From Sminthopsis crassicaudata (lineage: Eukaryota): 64,000 nucleotides of DNA. A program made the position numbers and the translations under genes. The notes under the pieces were generated by a model. That model worked only from the letters and a program-made list of their open reading frames with translations, ran no database searches and had not been told where the DNA came from. Of this stretch, positions 12,781 to 25,139 are shown piece by piece (position 1 is the first letter of the stretch; each line of letters opens with the position of its first letter). Location: NCBI RefSeq assembly GCF_048593235.1, contig NC_133617.1, positions 627,296,958-627,360,957 of the forward strand, in the 5' to 3' direction.

Positions 12781-13454
12781 CCATTTCATTCTCTAGATTA
12801 TTATTAGACCAGCTAATGAGGAGTTAACCAAACCACTAAACAACAACAAAAAAAAAAGGCCCTGCTGTAGTAAGAACTTTCTTGAGGTGGGGAGAAGGGT
12901 GGCAAAGATTGAGCATCCCTGTTGTTTGAAGGCTGCTGTCCATGTAGTGGACCATGCAGTTATAGCAGCCTCTATACTAGTCTCTTAGGATAGCTACACA
13001 ACCCAAGGGAGAATTTGAGAAGTCTGAATGAGTAGCTCAGGGCGGATGCCATCTATAGATAATTTAATTATTACATTCTCTTGCTAGACAATTAGTACAC
13101 TGAGACACTTCCTTTCTGTAGTCTTATGGAGAACAGAGTCAAATCACACAACTCAGAGAATCTTATAGGTTGTGGTAAGGATATTCAGCAATTTCACCAG
13201 TCATGTCCTTGTTCCCCAATTTCCAGCAAAAATGCTGCAACAAAATGCTGGACTTAAAGCTGCAATACTTCTACATCGTACCTCCTGGGTGATCTTGGGC
13301 AACTTAGTTTCTCTGGGTCTTACTTTCTAATTATGTAAAATGAGGATCCTGAATTATCAGAGGTTCTCAAAATGTGATCAGAAAATTTCTGATGGCTCCT
13401 TGAAACTCTTTCACAGAGTTCTTGAGGTTAAAATTAGATTTCTAATAATAAGAT

Positions 13455-14299
13455 GACAGGAACAAATAACGATGAATGTTGGAGGGGCTGTGGGAAAACT
13501 GGGACACTGATGCATTGTTGGTGGAGTTGTGAAAGAATCCAACCATTCTGGAGAGCAATCTGGAATTATGCCCAAAAAGTTATCAAAATGTGCATACCCT
13601 TTGACCCAGCCATACTACTACTGGGCTTATACCCCAAGGAACTACTAAAGAAGGGAAAGGGACCTGTATGTGCCAAAATGTTTGTGGCAGCCCTTTTCAT
13701 AGTGGCTAGAAGCTGGAAAATGAATGGATGTCCATCAATTGGAGAATGGTTGGGTAAACTATGGTATATGAATGTTATGGAATATTATTGTTCTATAAGA
13801 AATGACCAACAGGAGAAATACAGAGAGGCTTGGAGAGACTTACATCAACTGATGCTGAGTGAAACGAGCAGAACCAGAAGATCATTATACACTTCAACAA
13901 TGATACTGTACGAGGATGTATGCTGATGGAAGTGGATGTCTTCAACATAGAGAAGAGCTAATCCAATTCCAATTGATTAATGATGGACAGAATCAGCTAC
14001 ATCCAGAAAAGGAACACTGGGAAATGAATGTAAACTGTTATTTTTACCTTATGAATCCAATTCTTCCTGTGCAACAAAAAATTCGGTTCTACACACATAT
14101 ATTGTATCTAGAATATACTGTAATATATTTAACATGTATAAGACTGCTTGCCATCTGGGGGAGGGGGTTGGGGGAGGAAGGGAAAAAATCTGAATAGAAG
14201 TAAGTGCAAGGGATAATGTTGTAAAAAATTACCCATGCATATGTACTGTCAAAAAAAAGTTATAATTATAAAATAAAATAAAAATGTAAAAAAAAAAAA
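13455..14299 (+). mobile_element. 5'-truncated young L1 with open ORF2 C-terminus and 19-bp TSD
   Basis: ORF 13453-13926 (157 aa, CWRGCGKTGTLMHCWW Cys-rich domain) is uninterrupted; 3'UTR and poly-A; TSD agatttctaataataagat at 13436-13454 and 14300-14318. Confidence 0.93.
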
Positions 14300-14559
14300 A
14301 GATTTCTAATAATAAGATTTTTTTCATTTCTATTATGGTAAATATCAATATAAATAACCATATAAACAAAAGCTCCTCAATAATTTTTAAGGTAATATTT
14401 TATTTACCCTAATTGTAGTATAAAGACAATTTAAACTTTTTTTTTTTAATTTTTGAGTTCCAAACTTTCTCCCTCACTATCTTTCTTCCTCCTCATTGAG
14501 TGAGAAAGCAATTTAATATAGGTTTGAAATGTAAATATTAGCATGGATGTTACAGTAAT

Positions 14560-15036
14560 ATGTCACAAATATCATACACTATGAACAGATGCTGTATATA
14601 TAGGATGTTTTAATGTTAGGAAAACTATCATCATAATTGAACATATCAGTAACAAAAACACCAGAAATCATAAAATTATCTCAACAGATGAAGAAAAAGC
14701 TTTTTGACAAAGTACAACACTAGAGAGCATAGGAATGGAGCTTTCCTTCACTAACAGCAATTGTTGTGAGGACAACATAGAAGCCTTTCATATAACATCA
14801 GAGGTAAAGCAAGGATGCACATTATCAACATAATTATTCAATATTATGGTAGAAATATTAGCTATTTAATAATAAGGGGGGGAAAGAAATTGAAGGAACT
14901 AGAAAGGCAATGAGAAAACAAAACTATCTTTTTTTGTAGATGTGCTGATATATGTGGAGAATCCCAAAGAAGCAACTAAACAACTAGTCAAAATGATTAA
15001 TAAATTTAGCAAAGTTGTAGGATTTAAAATAAGCCC
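14560..15036 (+). mobile_element. Old L1 ORF2 (RT) fragment
   Basis: ggtaaagcaaggatgcacattatca (GxxQGCPLS) and tttttgtagatgtgctgatatatgtggagaatcc (LFADDMIVYLENP-like). Confidence 0.75.
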
Positions 15037-15272
15037 NNNNNNNNNNNNNNNNNNNNNNNNNNNNNNNNNNNNNNNNNNNNNNNNNNNNNNNNNNNNNNNN
15101 NNNNNNNNNNNNNNNNNNNNNNNNNNNNNNNNNNNNNNNNNNNNNNNNNNNNNNNNNNNNNNNNNNNNNNNNNNNNNNNNNNNNNNNNNNNNNNNNNNNN
15201 NNNNNNNNNNNNNNNNNNNNNNNNNNNNNNNNNNNNNNNNNNNNNNNNNNNNNNNNNNNNNNNNNNNNNNNN
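15037..15272. other. Assembly gap (236 N)
   Basis: Run of N. Confidence 1.
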
Positions 15273-16488
15273 AATTAACCAATTCCAGGCCAGTTTTACT
15301 CATAGATATCATGGCATCACCTCCCTGATGTCATGATAAACTTTGAGAACAAAAGACGAGCGATTAATTAAGCAATGTTATAAAAGAAGGAGAAAAAAAT
15401 TAAGTAAAGAAAAAGTATGTTTCAATCTGCATTCAGACTACCAGTTCTTTCTCTGGAAATGGAAAGCATATTTTATCATAAGTCCTTCAGAACTGTCTTG
15501 AATCATTGTACTGTTGAAAAGAGCTAAGTTATGCATAGGTGATCATCTTACAATATTGCTGTTACTTTTTACATAATAAATTTCACTTTGCATCAGCTCA
15601 TGTAAATCTTTCTATCCTACTTACCATTTATTACAGCACAATAGGATTCTATTACAATCATATACCACAACTTGTTTAGCCAATTAACAATTGATGCGCA
15701 TCCCCTCAATTTGAATTTCCTTTCCAGGTTCTTAATTTTTAAGAGTGTAAAGAGAATCTGAGATAAAAAATTAAAAGTTTGATAAGCCACTGGACTGATA
15801 ATTTTTTAAACTTTTCTAGCTTTAAACCCTATAAATCTTGTCGACCATTTAATCCATCAACAAGCATTTATTAATTATATGATTGAGGAAAACCATTCTC
15901 TCAGTCTTTGTTTCCTCCTCTGTAAAATGATTTAAATCATATTTATGTAATTTACCTCATAGGGTTTTGAGGAAATAATTTTTTTTAAAGTTTAAAATTG
16001 CTATATGAATTGTTTATTAAATTTCTAATAATAAAAAAAAAAAAAAAAAAACACTGATCTGGGACTGAAAATAAGCGAGGTACAGTTGTGGCTCCGCTCC
16101 TAGCTTGCTTTGTGACCTTGACACTGACCCTGAAGAGAGAAAATCTTCAGTTTTATGTTTGATTCAACAAAATAGTTCAGTGAATGTGTCACAATAGGGA
16201 GAATGAACTTCTTGATAATTAAGACAATGCTGCTGGTGGTGACACTAAATCCTGTGGAGTGGTGGCTCTTGACAAATCTGAGTTTAGAAACATCAATCCA
16301 CTTCTGTATGAGCAGGAATGATGACAGATAGCAAGATCCTCTCAGCCATTACTTCCCAGTATCTAATATCTCAACTTCCTTGATGTTAGTATGAGGTATT
16401 GTGGAAATCTAGTCATGCTCTCCTTAAGTTATGACTTTGGATATGCCCTATTCCAGGCTATAGTTTAGAATAAGTTGTCCTGTCCTGA

Positions 16489-17216
16489 TGAAATAAGTTG
16501 TGGTCCCTTTAAGAAACTATTCCTTTCAGATTGATTTATTCCTTTCTGATTCCCAGCCTCTCCTGGCTGATACATTATCAATTCAGGAAGCTAAGACCTT
16601 TGATTCACAAATCCTGGTCAAAAGCACTCCTTTGAATTCCAATAGAAGATCCAGGCTTGTCCAGCCCCCATCAGATCTGAGCCAACTTGGGACTCCACCC
16701 AGGGGCCCCCTTTAATTAAATCTCTCATTATAACTTGGGCTCTCACAGCCCCCATCAGATCTGAGCCAACTTGGGACTCCACCCAGGGGCCCCCTTTAAT
16801 TAAATCTCTCATTATATAAGAGCCAAACTAAAATCCTCTCTTTGCAGAAGTTCCCAACATGCCAGCCCTATGCTTGGCACGCCAAAGGATCTCTGCCCAC
16901 TGGAATACTGTTTCCAGTGCTATCTTCTCTTTATCCTCACCTACTTCCTTAACTAGACTTTAACCTTACTTCCAGTCCCCATAATAAACCTCTTTTGTCA
17001 ATCTAGGTTTTGGGGTCTGTAAATTCCTTTACAGGGGACTCTTGTGCTACCAGAAGGGAGTCCCCTAAACTCCCTATCCTTGCATCAAATCCACAGGGGT
17101 TGCAAAGGAGCTCCATTTGACTCCCTATTACCTGAACCTGCCACTAGACCTCATTTAACTCTCTGACCACCAGAAACCCTAATTTCATTTAGGTACCCCA
17201 AATCTAAACTTTATCA
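16489..17216 (+). mobile_element. Solo ERV LTR (probably ERV1 class) with 4-bp TSD
   Basis: Starts TG(aaataag), ends (ctttat)CA; TSD ctga at 16485-16488 and 17217-17220; TATATAA at 16813-16819; AATAAA at 16983-16988; internal 71-bp perfect duplication. Confidence 0.8.
16662..16816 (+). repeat. Perfect 71-bp direct repeat (period 84) in LTR U3
   Basis: cagcccccatcagatctgagcc...tctctcattata at 16662-16732 and 16746-16816, identical. Confidence 0.97.
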
Positions 17217-17796
17217 CTGATATTCTAGAACCAGAGGGTAAAATAGAAATTGAAAGAATCCACAGATCACCTCCTGAAAGAGATCCCAAAATGAAAACTC
17301 CTAGGAATATTTTAGCCAAATTCTGGAACCCCTAGGTCAAGGAGAATATATTGCAAGCTCCAGAAAGAAACAATTCAAGTGTAGTGGAGTCACAAATAGA
17401 ATAACACAAGATTTAGCAGCTTCTACTTTAAAGAACCAGGGGACTTGGAATATGATTTTCTGGAGAGCAATGGAGTGGGATTACAACCAAATCACCTACC
17501 TAGCAAAACTGAGTATAATCCTTCAGAGGAAAAGATGTTCATTCAATGAAATAGAGAATTTTTAAACATTTGTGATGAAAAGACAAGGGCTGAATAGAAA
17601 ATTTTGTTTCCAAATATAGGACTCAGGAGAAGCATAAGGAGGTAATCAGGAAAGTGACATCATAAGGGACTTGATAAGGTTTATCTGTTTACATTCCTGC
17701 ATGGGAAAATGATACGTGTGTGTAACTCATTAAAATTTTCTCATTATTATGGCTGTTAGGAGAAGTATATATAGACAGAGGACACACATGTGAGTT

Positions 17797-18359
17797 TGAT
17801 GCGGTTTGAGTGGTCTCAATTCCTGGTGGTCAAGAGGTTAGTGGCAGTAAGAGAGTTGTTAAGAATTCCCTTTAAATCAGCTGCAGGTTTAGAGTGAAAG
17901 AATTCACTCATTACCAAATTATTACTTGCAAAATGAAAGTTTATTGTTGGATAAAAATCAGTTTCCAGTAGGAAATGGAGTTTTGGCACTGAGAATGCTT
18001 TATCAGTGGGCAGAAGATTCCTGGCAGCTGAGAGTTACAGCAATCTTAAGTTATGTAGATCCATCCGCAAAGACCTTAGTTGAAGGAAGCTGTTATATTG
18101 AGTATCTTGGTGGGGTCTGGTACAGTCAAAGCAGATCAAATCAGGTCGGGGTAGGGACAGCCTGGATCTCCTATTGGAATTAACAACACCTCAAAGGGGT
18201 GCTTTTTGACTAGGGTTTCTAATTGAATCAAAGGTTCTAGTATCCTGAAAAGATAACTTGTCTATGGAGGATATGCCTTCCCCAGGAGGGGCTGAGAATC
18301 TGAAAGGGATCATAGACCAAAAGGAAATACAGTTTAGTAAATGAAGCAGTTCCCTCCTA
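17797..18359 (-). mobile_element. LTR-like insertion with 5-bp TSD inside the HAL1-like element
   Basis: gagtt at 17792-17796 and 18360-18364; host sequence rejoins as tgtgagttgaatatgaagggat (as at 20829-20850); minus-strand AATAAA at 17940-17945; right end is TA rather than CA. Confidence 0.6.
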
Positions 18360-19609
18360 GAGTTGAATATGAAGGGATAATATCTTAAAAAAAAAAAAAA
18401 AAAGATGAAATTAAGTGATGAGAGAAGAACATGCTGGGAGAAAGGGAAAGAGAAAAGTGGAATGGTGTAAATTATCTGCCATAAAAAAGAGGCAAGAAAA
18501 AGCTTTCACAGTAGAGGAGAAGAGAGAGAGGAGAGAGAGAGAGAGAGTGAATGAATTGTACTCTCATCAGAATTAGTTTAAGTAGGAAAAAAGATACATA
18601 CATACCCAATAGGGGTATAGAAATCTATCTTACCCTGCAGGAAAATAGGAGGTAAATGGGATATGGGAAAGGGGGAAGGTAATAAAAGGAGGATATACTG
18701 GGGGAGGAAGTGATTGGCACCAAAATACTTTTGAAAAGTAATAGGGTAAAAGGACAAAGAGAATAAATGGGGGAAAATATAGTTAGCAGTAGTAATTGCA
18801 AAAATAATTTTGAAGCAGGTTTCTCTGATAAGCCTTCATTTCGTAAATACAGGGGGAATGGAATAAAATTTACAAAAATTGCTTCATTTGATAAAAGGAA
18901 TGATCTGTGCCCAAAGGGCTATAAATTCATGCATATCCTTTGACCTTACAATACCACTATTTGGCATGAATACCAAAAGAAATTTTTGAGGGAAAAAAAA
19001 GGGAAATGACCTCTATGTACATAAAAAAATATTCATAGCAACTCATTTCTCAGGGCAAAAAAAAAAAAAGGAAATTGAGGGGATTCGCATCAATTGAGAA
19101 ATAGGTCAATAGTCTGTGATGTGTGTTTATGATAGAATATTATTATTCTATGGAAAATGATGAGGAAGATGCTCTCAGGAAAAAAAAACAAAAACACCTG
19201 GAAAGTCCTCCATGAACTCAAGCACAGTGGAATGTACTGTATACAAAGTAATAGCAATGTTCAGGGATAATCAACTATGAATGATTTTGCCATTCTCAGT
19301 AATGCAATCATCCATGACTATTCTGAAAGACTTATATTGAAAAATCCTATCCATCCCCAGAGAAGGAACTGATAGTGTCTGAATACAAATGAAAGTATTC
19401 TCTCTTTCTCTCATCTCTCTTTTTTTAACTTAATTTTTCTTGAAGGTTTTTATTTTCACTAGGATGAGAGATGGGAGATCTATGTTTTTTTGTTTTTTGG
19501 TTTTTGGGTTTTTTTACAACATGACTTTTATAGAAATATTTTGCATAATTTCACAAGTAGTTTCTTAATTTGGGTGAGGATAAGGGAGAAAACCAAGAAC
19601 TCGATTATT

Positions 19610-19766
19610 TATTTATTTATTTATTTTTTTGCTGAGGCAATTAGAGTTAAGTGACTTGCCCAGAGTCACACAGCTAGAAAGTGTTAAGTGTCTGAGATCA
19701 GATTTGAACTCAGGTCCTCCTGACTTCAGACTGGTGGTCTATCCACTGTGCCACCTAGCTGCCCCC
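19610..19766 (-). mobile_element. WSINE1-type SINE
   Basis: Reverse-complement SINE with (ATTT)n tail; short TSD agaactc. Confidence 0.88.
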
Positions 19767-20045
19767 AGAACTCAAAAATTTTAAAAACAACTGAAAAAAA
19801 TTATTTGAAAAAATTATTATTTGAACTGGGGCAAAAATACTAAATAAATAAATGGATTAGGTTGTCACACTTCAAAGGGGTGCTTTTTGACCAGGATTTC
19901 TAATTGAATCAAAGATTCTTGCATCCTGGAAAGATAACTTGTCTAGAGAGCCTGTGCCTTCCCCAAAAGGGGCTGAGAATCTGAAAGGGATCACAGATCA
20001 AAAGGAAATACAGTTTAGTAAAGAAAACAGTTCCCTCCTGGAATT

Positions 20046-20350
20046 NNNNNNNNNNNNNNNNNNNNNNNNNNNNNNNNNNNNNNNNNNNNNNNNNNNNNNN
20101 NNNNNNNNNNNNNNNNNNNNNNNNNNNNNNNNNNNNNNNNNNNNNNNNNNNNNNNNNNNNNNNNNNNNNNNNNNNNNNNNNNNNNNNNNNNNNNNNNNNN
20201 NNNNNNNNNNNNNNNNNNNNNNNNNNNNNNNNNNNNNNNNNNNNNNNNNNNNNNNNNNNNNNNNNNNNNNNNNNNNNNNNNNNNNNNNNNNNNNNNNNNN
20301 NNNNNNNNNNNNNNNNNNNNNNNNNNNNNNNNNNNNNNNNNNNNNNNNNN
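20046..20350. other. Assembly gap (305 N)
   Basis: Run of N. Confidence 1.
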
Positions 20351-20855
20351 ATGCTGGGAGAAAGGGAAAGAGAAAAGTGGAATGGTAAAAATTATCTGCC
20401 ATCTTTCTGGCTGTCTGCAATATAATATACAACATAATACAATAATACAAGAGTTAGCAGTTTCTATATTAAAGGATTGGAGGCCTTAGAATATGAAATT
20501 CCAGAGGGCATAGAAGCTAGGATTACAACCAAGAATCGCTTACCTAGAAAAACTGATTATAATCTTTCAAGGGGAAAAAATGGGTATTCAGTGAAATAGA
20601 GGACTTTAAAGCATTATTGATGAAAAGAACAGAGCTGAATAGAAAATCTGACTTTCAAATACAAGACTCAAGAGAAACATAAAAGGCAAACAGGAAAGAG
20701 AAATTATCTGGGATTTAAGAAGATTAACCTGTTAACATTGCTACAGGGGAAAATGATACTTGTAACTCATAAGAAGTTTGTCATTATTAGAGCAGTTAGG
20801 AGAAATATATGTAGACTGTGAACACAAATGTGAGTTGAATATGAAGGGATGATTT

Positions 20856-22213
20856 TTTCTCCAAGTTTTCTTTTTTTTTTAAATTAATTTTATAATTATA
20901 ACATTTTTTTTGACAGTACATATGCATGGGTAATTTTTTACAACATTATCCCTTGCACTCCCTTCTGTTCCGAATTTTCCCCTCCTTCCCTCCACCCCCT
21001 CCCCTAGATGACAGGCATTCCTATACATATTAAATATGTTATAGTATATCCTATATACAATATATGTGTGCAGAACCGAATTTTTCGAAGTTATTGTTGC
21101 AAAGGAGGAATTGGATTCAGAAGGAAAAAATAACCTGGAAAGAAAAACAAAAATGCAAACAGTTTACACTCATTTCCCAGTGTTCCTTCTCTGGGTGTAG
21201 CTGATTCTGTCCATCATTAGTCAATTGGATCTGTGTTAGATCTTCTCTTTGTTGAAGATAACCACTTCCATCAGAATACATTCTCATATAGTATTGTTGT
21301 TGAAGTGTATAATGATACTCCTAAAGTGTATAATGGGTTCTGCTCATTTCACTCAGCATCAGTTCATGTAAGTCTCTCCAAGCCTCTCTGTATTCATCCT
21401 GCTGATCATTTCTCACAGAACAATAATATTCCGTAACATTCATATACCATAATTTACCCAACCATTCTCCAATTGATAGACATCCATTCATTTTCCAGTT
21501 TCTAGCCACTACAAAAAGAGCTACCACAAACATTTTGGTACATACAGGTCCCTTTCCCTTCTTTAGTATTTCTTTGGGATATAAGCCCAGTAGTAGCACT
21601 GCTAGATCAAAGGATATGCACAGTCTGATAACTTTTGGGGCATAATTCCAGATTGCTCTCCAGTATGGTTGGATTCTTTCACAATTCCACCAACAATGCA
21701 TCAGTGTCCCAGTTTTCCCACATCCCCCAACATTCATTATTTTTTCCTGTCATTTTAGCCAATCTGACAGGTGTGTAGTGGTATCTCAGAGTTGTCTTAA
21801 TTTGCATTTCTCTGATCAATAGTGATTTGGAACACTCTTTCATATGAGTGGAAATAATTTCAATTTCATCAGCTGAAAATTGTCTGTTCATATCCTTTGA
21901 CCATTTATCAATTGGAGAATGTTTTGATTTCTTATAAATTAGAGTCAATTCTCTGTATATTTTCGAGTTGAGGCCTTTATCAGAACCTTTAACTGTAAAA
22001 ATGTTTTCCCAATTTATTACTTCCCTTCTAATCTTGTTTGCATTAGTTTTGTTTGTACAAAAGCTTTTTAATTTGATGGAATCAAAATTTTCTATTTTGT
22101 GGTCAATAATGATCTCTAGTTCTCCTTTGGTCACAAATTCCTTCTTCCTCCACAAGTCTGAGAGGTAAACTATCCTATGTTCCTCTAATTTACTTATGAT
22201 TTCGTTCTTTATG
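20856..22213 (-). mobile_element. Young 5'-truncated L1, antisense, 13-bp TSD
   Basis: ORF2 pieces 21679-22155 and 21321-21737 (GCGKTGTLMHCWW); poly-T at about 20868-20880; TSD gaagggatgattt at 20843-20855 and 22214-22226. Confidence 0.9.
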
Positions 22214-22342
22214 GAAGGGATGATTTCTAAAAAAAAAATAAATAAATAAAATTAAGGGGTAAGAGAAGAATATGTTGGGAGAAGGGGGAGGAGAAAAGTA
22301 GAATGAGGTAAATTAAAAAATAAATAAATAAAAAAGAGGCAA

Positions 22343-22492
22343 GGGAGCAGCTAGGTAGCATAATGTATATAGGTAGTACCAGCCCTAAAGTCAGAAAGAC
22401 CTGTTAAAGTGCATTTAACATTTACTAGCTGTGTGACCCTGGGCAAGTTACTTAACCGCAATTGCCTCAGGAAAAAAAAAAAAAAAAAAAAA
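22343..22492 (+). mobile_element. WSINE1-type SINE
   Basis: SINE head, CORE and poly-A; TSD aggcaag. Confidence 0.85.
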
Positions 22493-23470
22493 GGCAAGAA
22501 AACCTTTTTACAATGCAAGGGAAGAGGGGAAAATAAAGGAGATTCATCAACCCTTACTCTTATCGGAATTGGCTCAAAGAGAGAATAACACACACTCAAT
22601 TGGGTATCAAAATCTATCTTACTCTACAAGAAATAAGAGGGAAAGGGGATAAAAATGGGGATTGGAGATAAAGGGGGTGATAGAAGAGAGGGCAGCTTGG
22701 AGGATGAGTTGTCAGAAGCAAAACTTTTGAGTTAGGGTGAATAGAATAAAAATAAGAGAGGGAATAGAATAAACAGGAATAAGATGAAAGGAAATACACT
22801 TAACAATAGTAATTGTGAAAAAAAAATTGAGTCAAGTTTCTTTGATAAAGGCCTCATTTCTCAAACATAGTGAACTGAGTCACATTTATAAAAATTAGAG
22901 CCATATTCAAATTGATAAATAAAAAAAATATATGAACATTTTTCAGATGAAGTCATCAAAGCTATGTGAAATAGTATTCTCACTATTGATTGGAGAAATG
23001 TAAATTAAATAAATTCTGGGGTATAATTAGATTGGCTAATAATTATATTGGCTAATACTAGATCTGTATACCAAAAGGAGATTCAAAACCATTTTTAAAA
23101 GGAAAAGATCTATATTACAAAAATATTTATAGCAACTTTTTTTTGGAGGCAAAGAATTGGAAATTGAAGGGATGCCCATCAGTTGGGCATAGATGAACAA
23201 ATTGTGCTATGTTATTATGAAATAATAATATTATGAAATGAGTAGGATGTTCTCAGAAAAATCTGGAAAGACTTATACAAGCTGAAGCAAAGTTAAACAT
23301 ACGATGTACAAAGTAACAGTAACAGCAATATTGTAAGATGATCAACTGCAGATGACACCCCTTCCCGGCAATATAATGATGCAAGAGAATTCTGAAGGAC
23401 TTATGATGGAACATACTATCCATTTCCAGAGAAAGAACTGATAGAGTCTGAATGCATATTGAAACATACT

Positions 23471-23616
23471 CTTTTTTTTTGGCTGAGGCAATTGGGGTTA
23501 AGTGACTTGCCCAGAGTAACATAGCTAGAAAGTGTTCAGGGTCTGAGGCCAGAGTTGAATTCAGATTCTCCTGACTTCAGGGCTGGTGCTTTACACTGCA
23601 CCACCTAACTGCCCTC
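23471..23616 (-). mobile_element. WSINE1-type SINE with 12-bp TSD
   Basis: TSD ttgaaacatact at 23459-23470 and 23617-23628. Confidence 0.9.
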
Positions 23617-24225
23617 TTGAAACATACTTTTTAAAAGTTATTCTTCTTGAGATTTTTCTTTTCATATGATTATTATGGAAATGTTTCAAATGACTACACG
23701 TGTATAACCTATATAGAAGTACTTGCCTTCTCAGTGAAGGGAGGTTGAGAGGAAGGGAGAATATGGAATTCAAAATTTAAAAAAAAAAAATGCTAAAAGT
23801 GTTTTATATGTAACTGGGGGAAATAAAATACTAAATAAGTTTAATAAAAGAAAAAATAGGAAAAAAAACAATAATGAAGAAAGTTAGTACAGGACTGTCT
23901 GTTGCCCTGTGTCCTACCTTGCACGTATGCGCTACTATGTAAAATCACAATTTTACCCAGGATAGACAGGAATAGAAGGGGGAAGTGAATCGAAGACTGG
24001 GTCGGGAGTTAGGAACACCTAAACTCAAATCAAGCCTTAATAACTTACTAGCTTGTCACTTACTGACAAGTCATTTAACCTCTGCCTGATTCAGTTTTCT
24101 TAAGTGTAAAATGGGGGTGATAACAATAGCACTTTACCTCTCAGGGTTGTTGTGAAGATAAAAGGAGATATTGGTAAAGTGATATATAAATCTTCGGTAT
24201 CCTTATTATGGGCTGTTGTAATTTA

Positions 24226-25110
24226 CTAAGTGCCTATTATGTGCCAGTTACTGCAACTAGGTACAAATGAGATAAAGGCAGAATAAATTGGGGGTAATTT
24301 AGAGCGGGCAGACGCTAGTTTTAGGAAGGATGGACGAAGGGCTTCTTGTAGAAGGTGGGACTTGAAGGAAGCCAGGAGGTGGAGACTCGGAGAGGATCCC
24401 AGGCTAGGGGAACGGACAGCCAATAACAATGCGTGCAGTCAGGAGCTGGAGCGTCTGCTGGGAGGAACGGAAAAGAGGCCCACGTCATTTGGAGTAAGGA
24501 AAGGAAGGGGAAAAGGGGAAGGTATGAGGTTGATAATGTAGGGAAAGGCAGCTTATGAAGGGCTCTGGAATGCCAGAGCATTTTGTTTGGTACTGGAGGA
24601 TGTGACTGAAGGGTCGGAGAGGCGGCGGAGCCGGGCTTGCACTTCGAAAGTGCGTGGAGGATGGAGAGGAGCGAGGAAAGATTTGCGGCCGGGAGAACAG
24701 ACAGCAAGGACGTTGCAAAAGTCCAGGCGTGAGAAGCTGAGGGCGCGCTCCATGGGAATGGCAGAGTGGAAAGAGAGGAGGAGCTGCGCGCAGGAGATGC
24801 TAAGTTACCCAGGCAGAAATCGCAGGACTGGGTGCGGGGTGGGGTGAGAAGTCCAGGAGGACTGCGAGGATGGACGTTGGTGCTTGCGACTTTAATGGGG
24901 ACGTTTGGAAGAGAGGGAGGGGCAGGAGTGGGAGGAAAAGATGGTGAGTTCTGCTTTGGAATTGCTGAAATCGGGACGTTCAGGGGACACGCAGTTTGGA
25001 AGTCTACAAGGCAGCTGGAGGTGGGGCCTGGATACAGATCCGAGGGGCATCTACACGGCTGAGAGAGCTGCAGCGATGTCCGTGGAGAAAATACGAGACA
25101 GCGAATGCAG
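24226..25110 (-). mobile_element. Ancient L2 (3' end plus RT C-terminal region), CpG-rich, abutting the KIF22 promoter
   Basis: L2 tail at 24226-24260 (aagtgcctattatgtgccag); minus-strand translation SRLDFCNVL resembles the L2 motif SRLDYCNSLL; purine-rich L2 signature gagttctgctttggaattgctgaaat...aggcagctggaggtggggcctgga. Confidence 0.7.
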
Positions 25111-25139
25111 GAGAGTCTGGGCTGTAGCTGGCCCAGGTG

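Larger units (their letters stand above)
17221..19850 (+). mobile_element. HAL1-like (ORF1-only, ORF2-deleted) L1 derivative, copy 1
   Basis: ORF1 motif gaaagaatccacagatcacctcctgaaagagatccc (RIHRSPPERDP), a spacer, then an L1-like 3' end with no RT region; interrupted by an LTR and a SINE. Confidence 0.6.
20403..23870 (+). mobile_element. HAL1-like element, copy 2 (interrupted by L1 and two SINEs)
   Basis: Collinear with 17400-19850 (ORF1 end, spacer, L1-like 3' end); boundaries approximate. Confidence 0.6.

Noticed and set aside
13453-13926. 157-aa ORF with a Cys-rich motif as a host gene
   Set aside because: It is the C-terminus of L1 ORF2 in a 5'-truncated insertion with no promoter.
14899-15328. 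ORFs spanning N runs (also 19939-20450)
   Set aside because: Artefacts of translating across assembly gaps.
16662-16816. Direct repeat as a CRISPR-like array
   Set aside because: Only two 71-bp units with a 13-nt spacer, inside a eukaryotic LTR; no cas genes.
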